Part shown: one piece after another, positions 1 through 9,705 of the stretch
How positions within the stretch are numbered: position 1 is the stretch's first letter
Layout: every line of letters starts with the position of its first letter
NCBI GenBank assembly: GCA_043797665.1
Contig: JAZDPL010000035.1
Coordinates: forward strand, 1 to 41,022
Direction of reading: 5' to 3'
Source: Candidatus Omnitrophota bacterium
Lineage (GTDB): Bacteria; Ratteibacteria; UBA8468; MWAK01
Length of the DNA stretch: 41,022 nt
The notes under the pieces: model-generated
Told to the model about the DNA's origin: nothing
What the model saw: the letters and a program-made list of their open reading frames with translations, nothing else
The model's database searches: none
Translations under genes and position numbers: made by a program

Positions 1-300
1 TACTTCCCGGATGAGTTTATAGAGACGACTTACAAAAGGAAGGTTTTCAAAGAATCGTTCAAAGAAGAGGAGAACCTTTTTCCCGATGATGTTGTATGCC
101 AAAAAACCGAAAAATAAGATTAGCAGAACAAGGGATAAAAGCCCCACCCCGGGTAGATAGAAAGAAGGCAGAAATTTCTTCAGGAACCCTCCGGTAATTC
201 CTTCAAAAAAGACAAAGATTTTGTATAGTACCCACAGGAAGAACGAGACCGGGACAATAAATAAAAGCCCGGCGATAAAGTATTTCTTAAGGCGGCGCAT
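1..300 (-). CDS. DUF502-family membrane protein, runs off the window edge
   Basis: Not in the ORF track. Manual translation from ATG at 300 (SD GGAGG upstream): MRRLKKYFIAGLLFIVPVSFFLWVLYKIF...LPGVGLLSLVLLILFFGFLAYNIIGKKVLLFFERFFENLPFVSRLYKLIREV; open to position 1 and fits the DUF502 pattern. Confidence 0.8.
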   Translation of the reverse strand, partial: MRRLKKYFIAGLLFIVPVSFFLWVLYKIFVFFEGITGGFLKKFLPSFYLPGVGLLSLVLLILFFGFLAYNIIGKKVLLFFERFFENLPFVSRLYKLIREV

Positions 301-753
301 TTGTTACCTCCGTATGTTTATTAAGAGTTACTCTAAGGAAACCCGTCTATGGGTGTAGTGAACCCTTATCCTTGGACAGACAGATTAGGATAACCTGGCT
401 GGGCTACTTGTTTGGGTAGTGTGTCTGCCTCCCAGATTGTACTTCTTCCTGTGTTATAGGGTCAACTTCCTGAAACCAAACTAATTGTGACTGGGTGGTG
501 AGGTACTTGCCGGAGCAGATAGGGCTGTATGATGTACATTCTATCAAATCCGCGAAGGACTACGCCTATAAAGATCAATTACAGGGAATCAATAATAAAA
601 CCTTATACCTAAGTTTGCTCCCCAAAATCGGGTGCCTACGGGTTTCTGGAGATTGGGTGAGGGAAGGAATATCAATTCGGAGGAGATATCTCCGCAAATC
701 GCAAATTAGAAAGGAGGAAATTTCGACTGGATGGTGGGGGTAGGGGTAGCAAC

Positions 754-1884
754 TCAGGGGAGAGTAGGTAGGGTCTCTTCATCCGGCGCCGGCAGAGTAC
801 TATCGAATTTCAGGTTGAGCCAGTGGAGCATCCCGAGGTTACGTATGGTTGAAGCGACGGTTGATTCATCCAATTGTGGACGCCGCCTCTGTTTCCATTG
901 CATAACCTCAGCCAGCACTTCGGTTTCCGTTGGATTGATCTCACCTTGTTTTTTGAGGGAATCGGCGGAATACATGACTGTTGCGGTAATCTCTGCTTGA
1001 TTCGTGTTCATCCGCAGAAAAAGGTCTGCCGTCTTTTCAATTATTGCCGTCCATTGTCCAAATGACTGTGCGAAATTTTTTCTTATCCGTTCAAAGTTTG
1101 GCCCTGTTTTGACCCGGAACAACTTGCCGATACGCTCTTCTTGCAACAGGTTGTTGTTTACCAATTCGGTCTCTGCTTTTTTAAGTTCTTTGCAGAAAGG
1201 TCCAAAACTGCCTTTCTGATAAACAAATCCGGTTGGCAGGCCTTGCTGAGTTGCGACATATGCAATTTTCTGAAAGATAGTCCTCCCGATTGGCCAATGA
1301 TATGGCTGTTTTTCTATCCGGTCTACTATTTCTACGAGTGCAACCCACGCCGGATTCAAAGCGGAGGAGGCCGATCGGCCGTTACGTTGCTGTGCATCAG
1401 GCGATATTTGCTCCAGGAAAGCAGTCGTCAGTTCTTTGGGGGATGTCCCATAAGGTGCGTACATTTCTACCGGGATGTCCATCTGTTTTGCATACTTGTA
1501 AATCAATGGGCCGACAATCCTCCATTCCTGTTGACCGTTACCGCACCCTAACGGCGGCATGGCAAGTGAAGTGATATCCCATTCTTTGTAGTGCGCCAAA
1601 AGATACCGCAAACCATTTTCGATATCACTGAGCTGAGACACTGATTTCCAGTGGTCTTTCGTTGGAAAGTTTACAATCTTTGGTGGGAATAGTGTTTTAT
1701 AGAGATAGGGCAGACCCGGTTTAATTTCTTTGTGTTCGCATTTCTTGACATAGTCCTTGAACATCTCCGGGAAGCGCTTTTTGAATTCAAGGGCGATTCC
1801 CTTACCCATAATTCCAACACAGTTGACGGTATTGATTAAGGTTTGTGCTTTGGATTGAAGGATGTCCCCGACTAAAATTTCCAT
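754..1884 (-). CDS. darG: DarG-like macrodomain antitoxin (DNA ADP-ribosyl glycohydrolase)
   Basis: Macrodomain motifs GDIL...INTVNCVGIMGKGIA...NFPTKDHW...AMPPLGCGNG, plus a C-terminal domain with QKIAY...GSFGP; directly downstream of a DUF4433 gene. Confidence 0.9.
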   Translation of the reverse strand: MEILVGDILQSKAQTLINTVNCVGIMGKGIALEFKKRFPEMFKDYVKKCEHKEIKPGLPYLYKTLFPPKIVNFPTKDHWKSVSQLSDIENGLRYLLAHYKEWDITSLAMPPLGCGNGQQEWRIVGPLIYKYAKQMDIPVEMYAPYGTSPKELTTAFLEQISPDAQQRNGRSASSALNPAWVALVEIVDRIEKQPYHWPIGRTIFQKIAYVATQQGLPTGFVYQKGSFGPFCKELKKAETELVNNNLLQEERIGKLFRVKTGPNFERIRKNFAQSFGQWTAIIEKTADLFLRMNTNQAEITATVMYSADSLKKQGEINPTETEVLAEVMQWKQRRRPQLDESTVASTIRNLGMLHWLNLKFDSTLPAPDEETLPTLP

Positions 1885-1893
1885 TGTTTCCTC

Positions 1894-2484
1894 TCAGAAA
1901 AATATATCATTTTTTACGCTTACAGTCAAATTGACTTTTAACTTCTGAATCCGCAATCGGGCGGTTGGATTCGCCACATACGCACCTATGAGAAAATGAG
2001 GATCAACCCGGTTGGGTACCAAAACCTCCGCACATTTTTCAGACTTGTGTCTCATTTCCTCGATGGGGTCCTCCGGGTGAGTCCAGTATTGAGCAAACAC
2101 GCGATTTCTATCTATGGATTGAAGACCATCAACCACCGGAAAGAAACGAACGCAATTGCTGGCCGCATTTTGGTCAGCAATGATGACTCCTGGCAAATTT
2201 AACACCGCAGGATCAATGCGCAAAACACAAATCTCGTTGTTCCGCGCCCGGCATTTACTGAGCATCGGATTATGCGCATCAAAATAAAGGTTTACATAGT
2301 CGTGCAGACGCTCCGCGCCCGGTATCTGCTTGTTCTCTCTTCGTTCCTGTATCTCCGGCATTGCTACAGAATCGTGTTCCATCTGTTTAGCCAGATTATG
2401 GGATAAGATACCGTGTTTCATTATGGATGGAACATTAACTACCGGGGCGATGAAGTACAATTCTGTTATGTCAATACGATCCAT
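1894..2484 (-). CDS. darT: DarT-like DNA ADP-ribosyltransferase toxin (DUF4433)
   Basis: IQERR, LHDYVNLYFDAHNPML, DQNAAS and KCAEVLVP match DarT2 motifs; 9 bp upstream of darG. Confidence 0.85.
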   Translation of the reverse strand: MDRIDITELYFIAPVVNVPSIMKHGILSHNLAKQMEHDSVAMPEIQERRENKQIPGAERLHDYVNLYFDAHNPMLSKCRARNNEICVLRIDPAVLNLPGVIIADQNAASNCVRFFPVVDGLQSIDRNRVFAQYWTHPEDPIEEMRHKSEKCAEVLVPNRVDPHFLIGAYVANPTARLRIQKLKVNLTVSVKNDIFF

Positions 2485-2493
2485 TTAATTAAA

Positions 2494-2522
2494 ATATTAC
2501 CACGCCAAGAAAAATAGGTCAA
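2494..2522 (-). promoter_or_regulatory. sigma70-type promoter for darTG, probably leaderless
   Basis: TTGACC-17 bp-TAATAT with a TG extension, 9 nt before the darT ATG; no SD. Confidence 0.55.
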
Positions 2523-2550
2523 AACTAATTGCGACAGCGTGGTGAGGTTG

Positions 2551-2580
2551 GTGTCCAAATAGTGTCCATTAGGTGTCCAA
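2551..2580. repeat. Three GTGTCCA direct repeats at 11-bp period, possible integrase arm-type sites
   Basis: GTGTCCA at 2551, 2562 and 2573, about 110 bp from a tRNA fragment. Confidence 0.6.
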
Positions 2581-2687
2581 AACCGTATAGAATGGCACAA
2601 GGTGGTATAAACCAGAAAGGTGGGTAAGATGATTGACAGACAACGCTTTCGGTTATCTGGTGCGGGTCTAAGAAAAATGGCTGGATA

Positions 2688-2728
2688 GCCTTAAAAGGGC
2701 GGTGCTCTGCCGGATGAGCTAGCGGCCC
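2688..2728 (-). tRNA. 5' half (nt 1-41) of tRNA-Lys(UUU), truncated
   Basis: GGGCCGC TA GCTC ATCCGGCA GAGC A CCGCC CTTTTAA GGC gives acceptor 5' strand, D-arm and anticodon arm with TTT; no T-arm or acceptor 3' strand follows. Confidence 0.85.
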
Positions 2729-2760
2729 AAATTAATCAATCTTTAATTTTCCAAACTCTG

Positions 2761-2783
2761 CGCAGGCTAAAGCCTGCGGCTAC
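2761..2783 (-). repeat. GTAG-type REP singlet
   Basis: GTAGCCGCAGGCTTTAGCCTGCG on the minus strand: GTAG head plus hairpin. Confidence 0.75.
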
Positions 2784-2788
2784 CACTA

Positions 2789-2817
2789 CTGGATTCCTGC
2801 CTAAAACATGCAGGAAT
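2789..2817 (-). repeat. TGTCATTCC-type palindrome, partial
   Basis: GGATTCCTGCCTAAAACATGCAGGAAT resembles the right arm of the 4130-4221 element. Confidence 0.65.
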
Positions 2818-2847
2818 ACGGGTCTCCATAGGATTGGAAAGGGCACA

Positions 2848-4221
<1,374 letters not shown>

Positions 4222-4223
4222 TG

Positions 4224-5294
4224 CTACAGGTGGTTTTTTATGGCTTGCGCCATTTCGCGCGTACCGACCGCTTCTTCGGTCCGGCCCGGTTTTAAGTCGT
4301 AGGTTACGGTCTTCCCTTCCCGGACGACCCGGCTGATAGCATTCTCTAACCGTTCCGCTGCTTCACGCTCTCCCAGGTACTCTAACATCAGATAGACCGC
4401 TAAAAGCATGGCGGTCGGGTTCACCTTATTCTGTCCTTTGTACTTGGGAGCGCTTCCGTGTACCGGCTCAAAAATGACGATATCTTCACCGATATTGGCA
4501 CCCGCAGTCATTCCCAAACCACCGACCAGACCGGCTGCTAAATCCGAGATGATGTCACCGTACAGGTTTGGCAGGACCAGGACGTCGTAAATCTGCGGTT
4601 TCTGCACTAATTGCATGCACATATTGTCCACAATCCGGTCCTCAAAAGTAATATCCGGAAATTCCCGGCTCACCCGGCGGCAGGCTTCCAGAAACAGCCC
4701 GTCGGAATATTTCAGAATGTTTGCCTTATGAACCGCGGTAACTTTCTTCCGGCGGTTCTTGCGCGCATAGGCAAAAGCAAATCTGGCTATTCGTTCGGAA
4801 GCGGAGATAGAGTTGGGTTTAAGACTGATGCCGGAATCCGGCAGAATCTTTTTTTTACTCTTTTCCGCCACAAACGCAATTAACTCTGCGGTCTCCTCCT
4901 TGCCTGCCTCAAACTCAATACCGCAGTAAAGGTCTTCGGTGTTCTCCCGAACGATTATCAGGTCTATTTTTTCATAAGGACTTGGCGCACCCGGATAGAG
5001 TTTGACCGGCCTTAAGTTTGTGTAAAGTTTAAAGTGCTGTCGCAAAAAAACGTTGACGCTGCGATAGCCGGTACCGACCGGAGTGGTAATGGGTGCCTTA
5101 AGACAAATCCGGTTCCGCTCGATGGAAGAAAGAAGGATTTCCGGCATCGGAGTTCCGTAAAGGGAAATCGCCTCTTCGCCGGCCGGAACCTCTTCCCAGT
5201 CAATCGGTACGCCTAAAGCGCCAACTATCTCTTTAGCAACCGCAGCTAATTCCGGGCCAACTCCGTCTCCCGGTACCAACGTAATTTTATACAT
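4224..5294 (-). CDS. Isocitrate/isopropylmalate dehydrogenase family protein (NAD-IDH-like)
   Basis: PGDGVGPE, SVNVFLRQ, RENTEDLY, VHKANI, NLYGDIISDLAAGLVGGLG, FEPVHGSAP. Confidence 0.9.
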   Translation of the reverse strand: MYKITLVPGDGVGPELAAVAKEIVGALGVPIDWEEVPAGEEAISLYGTPMPEILLSSIERNRICLKAPITTPVGTGYRSVNVFLRQHFKLYTNLRPVKLYPGAPSPYEKIDLIIVRENTEDLYCGIEFEAGKEETAELIAFVAEKSKKKILPDSGISLKPNSISASERIARFAFAYARKNRRKKVTAVHKANILKYSDGLFLEACRRVSREFPDITFEDRIVDNMCMQLVQKPQIYDVLVLPNLYGDIISDLAAGLVGGLGMTAGANIGEDIVIFEPVHGSAPKYKGQNKVNPTAMLLAVYLMLEYLGEREAAERLENAISRVVREGKTVTYDLKPGRTEEAVGTREMAQAIKNHL

Positions 5295-5591
5295 TCAGGC
5301 CTTCTTTTCAATATTCGAATCTTTTTTTATCGTCGTATCTTTAGTATCTTTCGTATCTTTAGTGTCTTTCGCGGCCCCTTCTTTCTCTTTCTTTTCCCCC
5401 TTCTTGTACGACTCGCTGCGGTACTCGGTGGTGTAGAACCCTGACCCCTTGTAGATAACGCCGGCTCCGGTTCCCACCAGGCGCTGAACCTTACCCTGGC
5501 ACTTCGGGCACTCCTTCAAAGTTTCCTCGCTCATTTTCTGAAAAACCTCAAAGGTCCCGCACTTACCGCACTTATACTCATAGGTCGGCAT
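5295..5591 (-). CDS. FmdB-family zinc-ribbon protein
   Basis: MPTYEYKCGKCG...CPKC...YKGSGFYTTEY; start moved to ATG 5591 because the track start overlaps the promoter. Confidence 0.88.
   Translation of the reverse strand: MPTYEYKCGKCGTFEVFQKMSEETLKECPKCQGKVQRLVGTGAGVIYKGSGFYTTEYRSESYKKGEKKEKEGAAKDTKDTKDTKDTTIKKDSNIEKKA
5334..5369 (-). repeat. 4 x 9-bp coding tandem repeat (KDT)4
   Basis: AAAGAYACN four times in the low-complexity tail of the FmdB protein. Confidence 0.8.
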
Positions 5592-5616
5592 ATTCCATCC
5601 CCCTTTAGAACTATTT

Positions 5617-5645
5617 ATTTTAGCCGAAAAAGGAAAAAACGTCAA
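5617..5645 (-). promoter_or_regulatory. sigma70-type promoter upstream of fmdB-idh
   Basis: TTGACG-17 bp-TAAAAT. Confidence 0.55.
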
Positions 5646-5684
5646 GTAAAATCCCTACCAAACGATGTCCCTACCAAATGAATT

Positions 5685-5734
5685 GTAGGGGTCGGATTTA
5701 TCCGACCCGCGGGCTTGATGAATCAAGCCCCTAC
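5685..5734. repeat. 50-bp GTAG REP doublet (REPIN-like)
   Basis: GTAGGGGTCGGATTTATCCGACCCGCGGGCTTGATGAATCAAGCCCCTAC. Confidence 0.9.
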
Positions 5735-5749
5735 AGTTTGGACTAACAG

Positions 5750-5774
5750 AAGATATAAATTCCTGTAGGTTCAA
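5750..5774 (-). repeat. Partial copy (first 25 nt) of the 162-bp element
   Basis: TTGAACCTACAGGAATTTATATCTT; contains the TGA that ends the last cstA fragment. Confidence 0.75.
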
Positions 5775-6996
5775 GACTTGACAGTCCTGCGGCGGGTGGT
5801 GATGAAGTGAGTAGTCTGGTAGGAAACGTAGACAGCGAGGATAAGTAAGAGCAAACTGATGTTACCCAAAAGGTACTTCCCGGTGTGATAGAACTTATTT
5901 GCCTGATAACCTAAAGCAAAGACGGTGGTAAAGAAGGATAGGTTAAACCCGTACCCTGCCACCTTAACCCGGCGGCCACCGCCATTATGGCTATCACAGC
6001 CATTACTCCTTCCGCAGCCATCGCACCGTAGCCAATCTTGCGGGCATCCCTTTCGGAAGGCAACTGTTTGCTGGAAGTACCGCTGGCAACTAAACTGTGA
6101 AACCCGGAAATCGCGCCGCAGGCTATGGTCACAAAGAGCATGGGCCAGAGGATTCCGGTTTCGGATTTAAAACCGATATAGGCGGGCGTATTCATTACCG
6201 GATGGACTAAAAATAGACCCAGAAGACCTGCCAGCAGACCGAAGAAGAGCAGAAATGCGGAGAGGTAATCCCGGGGCTGCAGAAGGATATTGACCGGTGT
6301 CACGGAAGCAATCAAACAGTAAACTAAAAGGATGGCGGTTCAGGACTTCCCGGCTGACGGCAGCAGGATGGGGAACTGGTAACCGAAAATGACTAAAAAG
6401 ACCAGAATTAAAAGCCCCAAAACGGTGACCGCCGGATAAGGTCCGTTGCGGTGGTAAAGGAGGTAACCTACCAGGACAGCGTCAAAGATTAAACCAACGG
6501 TCGGTATCACCATCTCCGGTTGGATCTCTAAGGTCTGGGCGGTAACCGCAGCAAAAACCGCGATGATTAAAACCAGGGTCACCCAGAGGAAGAACGAAAG
6601 GACAAGGCGTAGTTTTTTTCCCAGGAGATCCTCGGCGACTGTGGCAACGGATTCACCTTTGTAACGGACCGAAACCATTAGACTGGAGAAGTCATGGACT
6701 CCGCCGATGAAGACGGTACCGAAAACTACCCAGAGTAAAGCGGGCAGCCAGCCCCAGGCAGCGACCGCAATTACCGGACCTAAGATGGGTCCGGCACCCG
6801 CGATACTGGAAAAGTGGTGGCCGAAGAGCACAAACCAGTTCTTGGCGGGAATATAGTCACAGTTATCCCGGCAGGTAAAAGCCGGGGTGGGCTTTTCCGG
6901 GTCAACCTCCCATAATTTCTCCAGTTTTTTGCCGTAAATAATGTACCCGGCAACAATTAAAACAATACTCCCCAGAGTAATTACCACTGAATTCAT
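5771..6996 (-). pseudogene. cstA: Carbon starvation CstA-family transporter pseudogene
   Basis: LFGHHFSSIAGAGPILGP, GGVHDF, LLQPRDY, TIACGAISGFHSLVASGTSSKQL. In-frame TGA at 6340-6342, then an apparent internal deletion with frameshift near 5935 that joins the C-terminal helices. Confidence 0.88.
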
Positions 6997-7031
6997 AGGT
7001 ATTTCTATATCTTTATATTTCCACCCTTCAG

Positions 7032-7061
7032 ATTATATCGCTTTCTATGTTCTTAGGTCAA
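7032..7061 (-). promoter_or_regulatory. sigma70-type promoter for cstA
   Basis: TTGACC-18 bp-TATAAT. Confidence 0.55.
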
Positions 7062-7099
7062 CAGTTAAGGGTTACTTTGGTGTAATTTGTAAAGTGGAC

Positions 7100-7129
7100 T
7101 TGACAAAAATATACGCAATATTGTAAACT
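7100..7129 (+). promoter_or_regulatory. sigma70-type promoter for the AAA ATPase, probably leaderless
   Basis: TTGACA-18 bp-TAAACT, ATG 8 nt downstream, no SD. Confidence 0.5.
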
Positions 7130-7137
7130 AACGTTGG

Positions 7138-8487
7138 ATGAATAGCGAAAACCTCAAAGAACTCCTCTATTTTTATAACCCCTGGTGGGTAAAGGATAAA
7201 GTCCCTCAGGTTTTGGTGGCCGGGTATCAAAGACCGGTTTTAAAAAAACTTCTTTCCTATCTTTCTTTAGAGAGGGTTTTGATAATTAAGGGAGCCCGGC
7301 GCACCGGAAAGACTACGCTCCTTTACCAGATAATAGACGCCCTTTTGAACCAGGGAATACCAAGCCAAAACATCTTTTTCTTCTCTTTTGATGGTCTACG
7401 ACAGGAGGAAAACTTTGGTGAGATTATAAAGGCTTATCAGGAATTAAGTAAAAATGTCTTACCCGCCACAGAAACGATTTATTTCTTCCTGGACGAAATC
7501 CAGTTTTTACAGGGCTGGTCTTCAGAATTAAAAAGATATTTTGACCGGAAATATCCCTTGAAATTTATCGTTTCCGGGTCCGCAGCCTCTTTAATAAAGA
7601 AAGGCTCTGAGTCTCTGGCTGGTAGAACCGTGGAAGAAGTTATTACACCATTTAGTTTTTATGAATATCTCAACTACCGTCTACGCAACCCGGAAATTCA
7701 GCGGATAATTGACAATTACCGGCAGCAATCTGTTTTTTCACGGATGCCTTCCAAGAATGAACTTATCCCCTATGAAACCCAAGTCAAAATCATCTGGGAA
7801 GAATATTTAAAGAAAGGGGGATTTCCGCACCTTTTCGGAATAGAGGAAGAAATTATCTGGAAAAAACTCCTTCAGGAGGATGTAATTGAAAAGGTTATCT
7901 ATCGTGACCTGATCGAACTGTTCGGCGTGGAAAAACCCAGAACCTTAGAGAAACTTTTTCTGTATCTGGCTAACCACTCCTCGGAAATTTTAAATATCTC
8001 TAACATAGCTAATTCCTTAAAACTGAGCCGTCAGTATACAGAAAAGTACTTAGACTATCTCAAACATGCCTGTCTTGTCTTTACGGTAGAAGCATACGCG
8101 GGTAGTATTGAAAAACGGATTAGAAAAGGAGAAAAAAGTTATCTGGTTGACCCGGGACTTTTACAACTGGCTGGGACCGTTGAAATAGGAAAAGCCTGTG
8201 AAACTGTAATCAGTCGGCACCTCTTTAATGGTGGTGCTAAAATTTACTGGTGGCACAACAAATATGAAGTAGACCTGGTCCTGGCACAACAAGAAAATCT
8301 TTTCCCCATTGAAGTAAAGTATCGGGAAAGCATCAGGCCGGAAGATTTAAAGGGAGTGATAAAGTTTTTAGAGGTTTATCAACAGAGTAGAGGGTTCCTC
8401 ATCACGAAAGACATTTTAGAAGAAAAAACTCTACCTGAAAAGAATATTTTTTGTATTCCAGCCTGGCTCTTTACCCTTTTAGTGTAA
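7138..8487 (+). CDS. AAA_14 ATPase with DUF4143 C-terminal domain
   Basis: NPWW, Walker A GARRTGKT, FLDEIQ, SGS, LAGR, GGFP, YLVDPG, EVDLV...PIEVKY. Confidence 0.9.
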   Translation: MNSENLKELLYFYNPWWVKDKVPQVLVAGYQRPVLKKLLSYLSLERVLIIKGARRTGKTTLLYQIIDALLNQGIPSQNIFFFSFDGLRQEENFGEIIKAYQELSKNVLPATETIYFFLDEIQFLQGWSSELKRYFDRKYPLKFIVSGSAASLIKKGSESLAGRTVEEVITPFSFYEYLNYRLRNPEIQRIIDNYRQQSVFSRMPSKNELIPYETQVKIIWEEYLKKGGFPHLFGIEEEIIWKKLLQEDVIEKVIYRDLIELFGVEKPRTLEKLFLYLANHSSEILNISNIANSLKLSRQYTEKYLDYLKHACLVFTVEAYAGSIEKRIRKGEKSYLVDPGLLQLAGTVEIGKACETVISRHLFNGGAKIYWWHNKYEVDLVLAQQENLFPIEVKYRESIRPEDLKGVIKFLEVYQQSRGFLITKDILEEKTLPEKNIFCIPAWLFTLLV

Positions 8488-8511
8488 TAGTGAGATTTTC
8501 CCCGAATCAGG

Positions 8512-9705
8512 CTAAGTTAAATGGCGGGTCAAAACTTCCAAAACCTTATCGGGTGGGATTAATTCACCGCCCTGGGGTGCAGAACGTTTCTTAAAGTCTA
8601 CCTTGCCTTCTTTCAGATTCTTGCCTACGGTAACCCGGAAAGGGATGCCGATGAGGTCAGCGTCTTTGAACTTTTCACCGGGGCTCTTGTCCCGATCGTC
8701 CAGCAGGACCGAGAGTCCTTTGTTGCGATAAACATGTCCCTGCATGCGGTAGGCAGGGATCGCACCGCTACATTGGGCATAAATCCGGTCTGATGCCTCT
8801 TTTATCGCCGGATCCTGGTAATTTACCGGCAGGATATGGAGGGTAAAAGGCGCCACGGAAAGGGGCCAGATGATGCCGTTGGCATCATAGTTATTCTCAA
8901 TAACCGCAGAGATTAAGCGGGAGACGCCGATACCGTAACAGCCCATCACGTAAGGTTTCTGTTTGCTTCCCTCATCCAGAAAGTATCCCTTCATCTTCTC
9001 GCTGTAAGAGGTGCCCAACTTGAAGATATGACCCACCTCTAATTCCGGGCACTCGCCCTCAACCACAAACTCCTCAGAGAACTTCCCGCCCATCGCACCG
9101 CTGTCCGCCCGGTCTATCCGGTAACGTAATTCCAACCTTTTAAATATGCCATGGTAGGCGGCTAACATTTTCTGGTAACTTGCCTCCAGGCCGGCCTCGT
9201 TTATGTCAAAACTGTAGGCGTCCTTCATCAGAAACTCCCGGCAGCGCACCAAGCCGTACCTGGGCCGCATCTCGTCCCGGAACTTGGTCTGAATCTGATA
9301 GAGGGTCACCGGTAACTGTTTGTAGGAGGTAACCTCCCGGCGTACCACCTCCAGAATTATCTCTTCGTGGGTGGGTCCCAGGACCAGTTCCCGGTCGTGC
9401 CGGTCCTTAAACATAAAGGAAACGATGTCCTGACCTAAAAGTTTGTACCGGTCTGATTCTTTCCAGAGGCTGGTGGGCTGAAGGGCAGGCATCAAAAGTT
9501 CTATGGCACCGGCAGAATTCATCTCCTCCCGGATAACGTTCTCAATGTTGGCCAGGACCGCAAAACCGAAAGGCAGGTAAGTGTAGATACCGCTGGCTAA
9601 CTGGCGTACCAGTCCGGCCTGGAGACTCAGGCGCAGACTGGGAGTATCCTCTCCCTCAATCGAGGCCTCTTTTAGGGTCGGCAAAAAGTACTGGCTCCAC
9701 CTCAT
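8512..9705 (-). CDS. proS: Proline-tRNA ligase, bacterial type, lacking the INS editing domain
   Basis: LGPTHEE, QIQTKFRDEMRPRYGLVRCREFLMKDAYSF, EVGHIFKLG, MGCYGIGVSR, DDR...DADLIGIP. Confidence 0.95.
   Translation of the reverse strand: MRWSQYFLPTLKEASIEGEDTPSLRLSLQAGLVRQLASGIYTYLPFGFAVLANIENVIREEMNSAGAIELLMPALQPTSLWKESDRYKLLGQDIVSFMFKDRHDRELVLGPTHEEIILEVVRREVTSYKQLPVTLYQIQTKFRDEMRPRYGLVRCREFLMKDAYSFDINEAGLEASYQKMLAAYHGIFKRLELRYRIDRADSGAMGGKFSEEFVVEGECPELEVGHIFKLGTSYSEKMKGYFLDEGSKQKPYVMGCYGIGVSRLISAVIENNYDANGIIWPLSVAPFTLHILPVNYQDPAIKEASDRIYAQCSGAIPAYRMQGHVYRNKGLSVLLDDRDKSPGEKFKDADLIGIPFRVTVGKNLKEGKVDFKKRSAPQGGELIPPDKVLEVLTRHLT
8724..8771 (-). repeat. GTAG REP with nested hairpin module, inside the proS reading frame
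   Basis: GTAGCGGTGCGAT-CCCTGCCTACCGCATGCAGGGACATG-TTTATCGCA; the outer part matches the intergenic REP at 16897 and the inner part matches 4158 and 29006. Confidence 0.85.

Noticed and set aside
301..753. ORF 495-743, or an ncRNA or second att site in the non-coding gap
   Set aside because: No recognisable protein motif, no tRNA 3' half and no convincing structure; only one weak inverted TGTCCAA near 372.
5652..5678. TCCCTACCAAA direct repeat
   Set aside because: Only two copies; may be decayed GTAG heads, with no further support.
6340..6342. TGA recoding (Trp, Gly or Sec) in cstA
   Set aside because: TGA is a normal stop for many genes here, TGG is used for Trp, and the gene has a second lesion.
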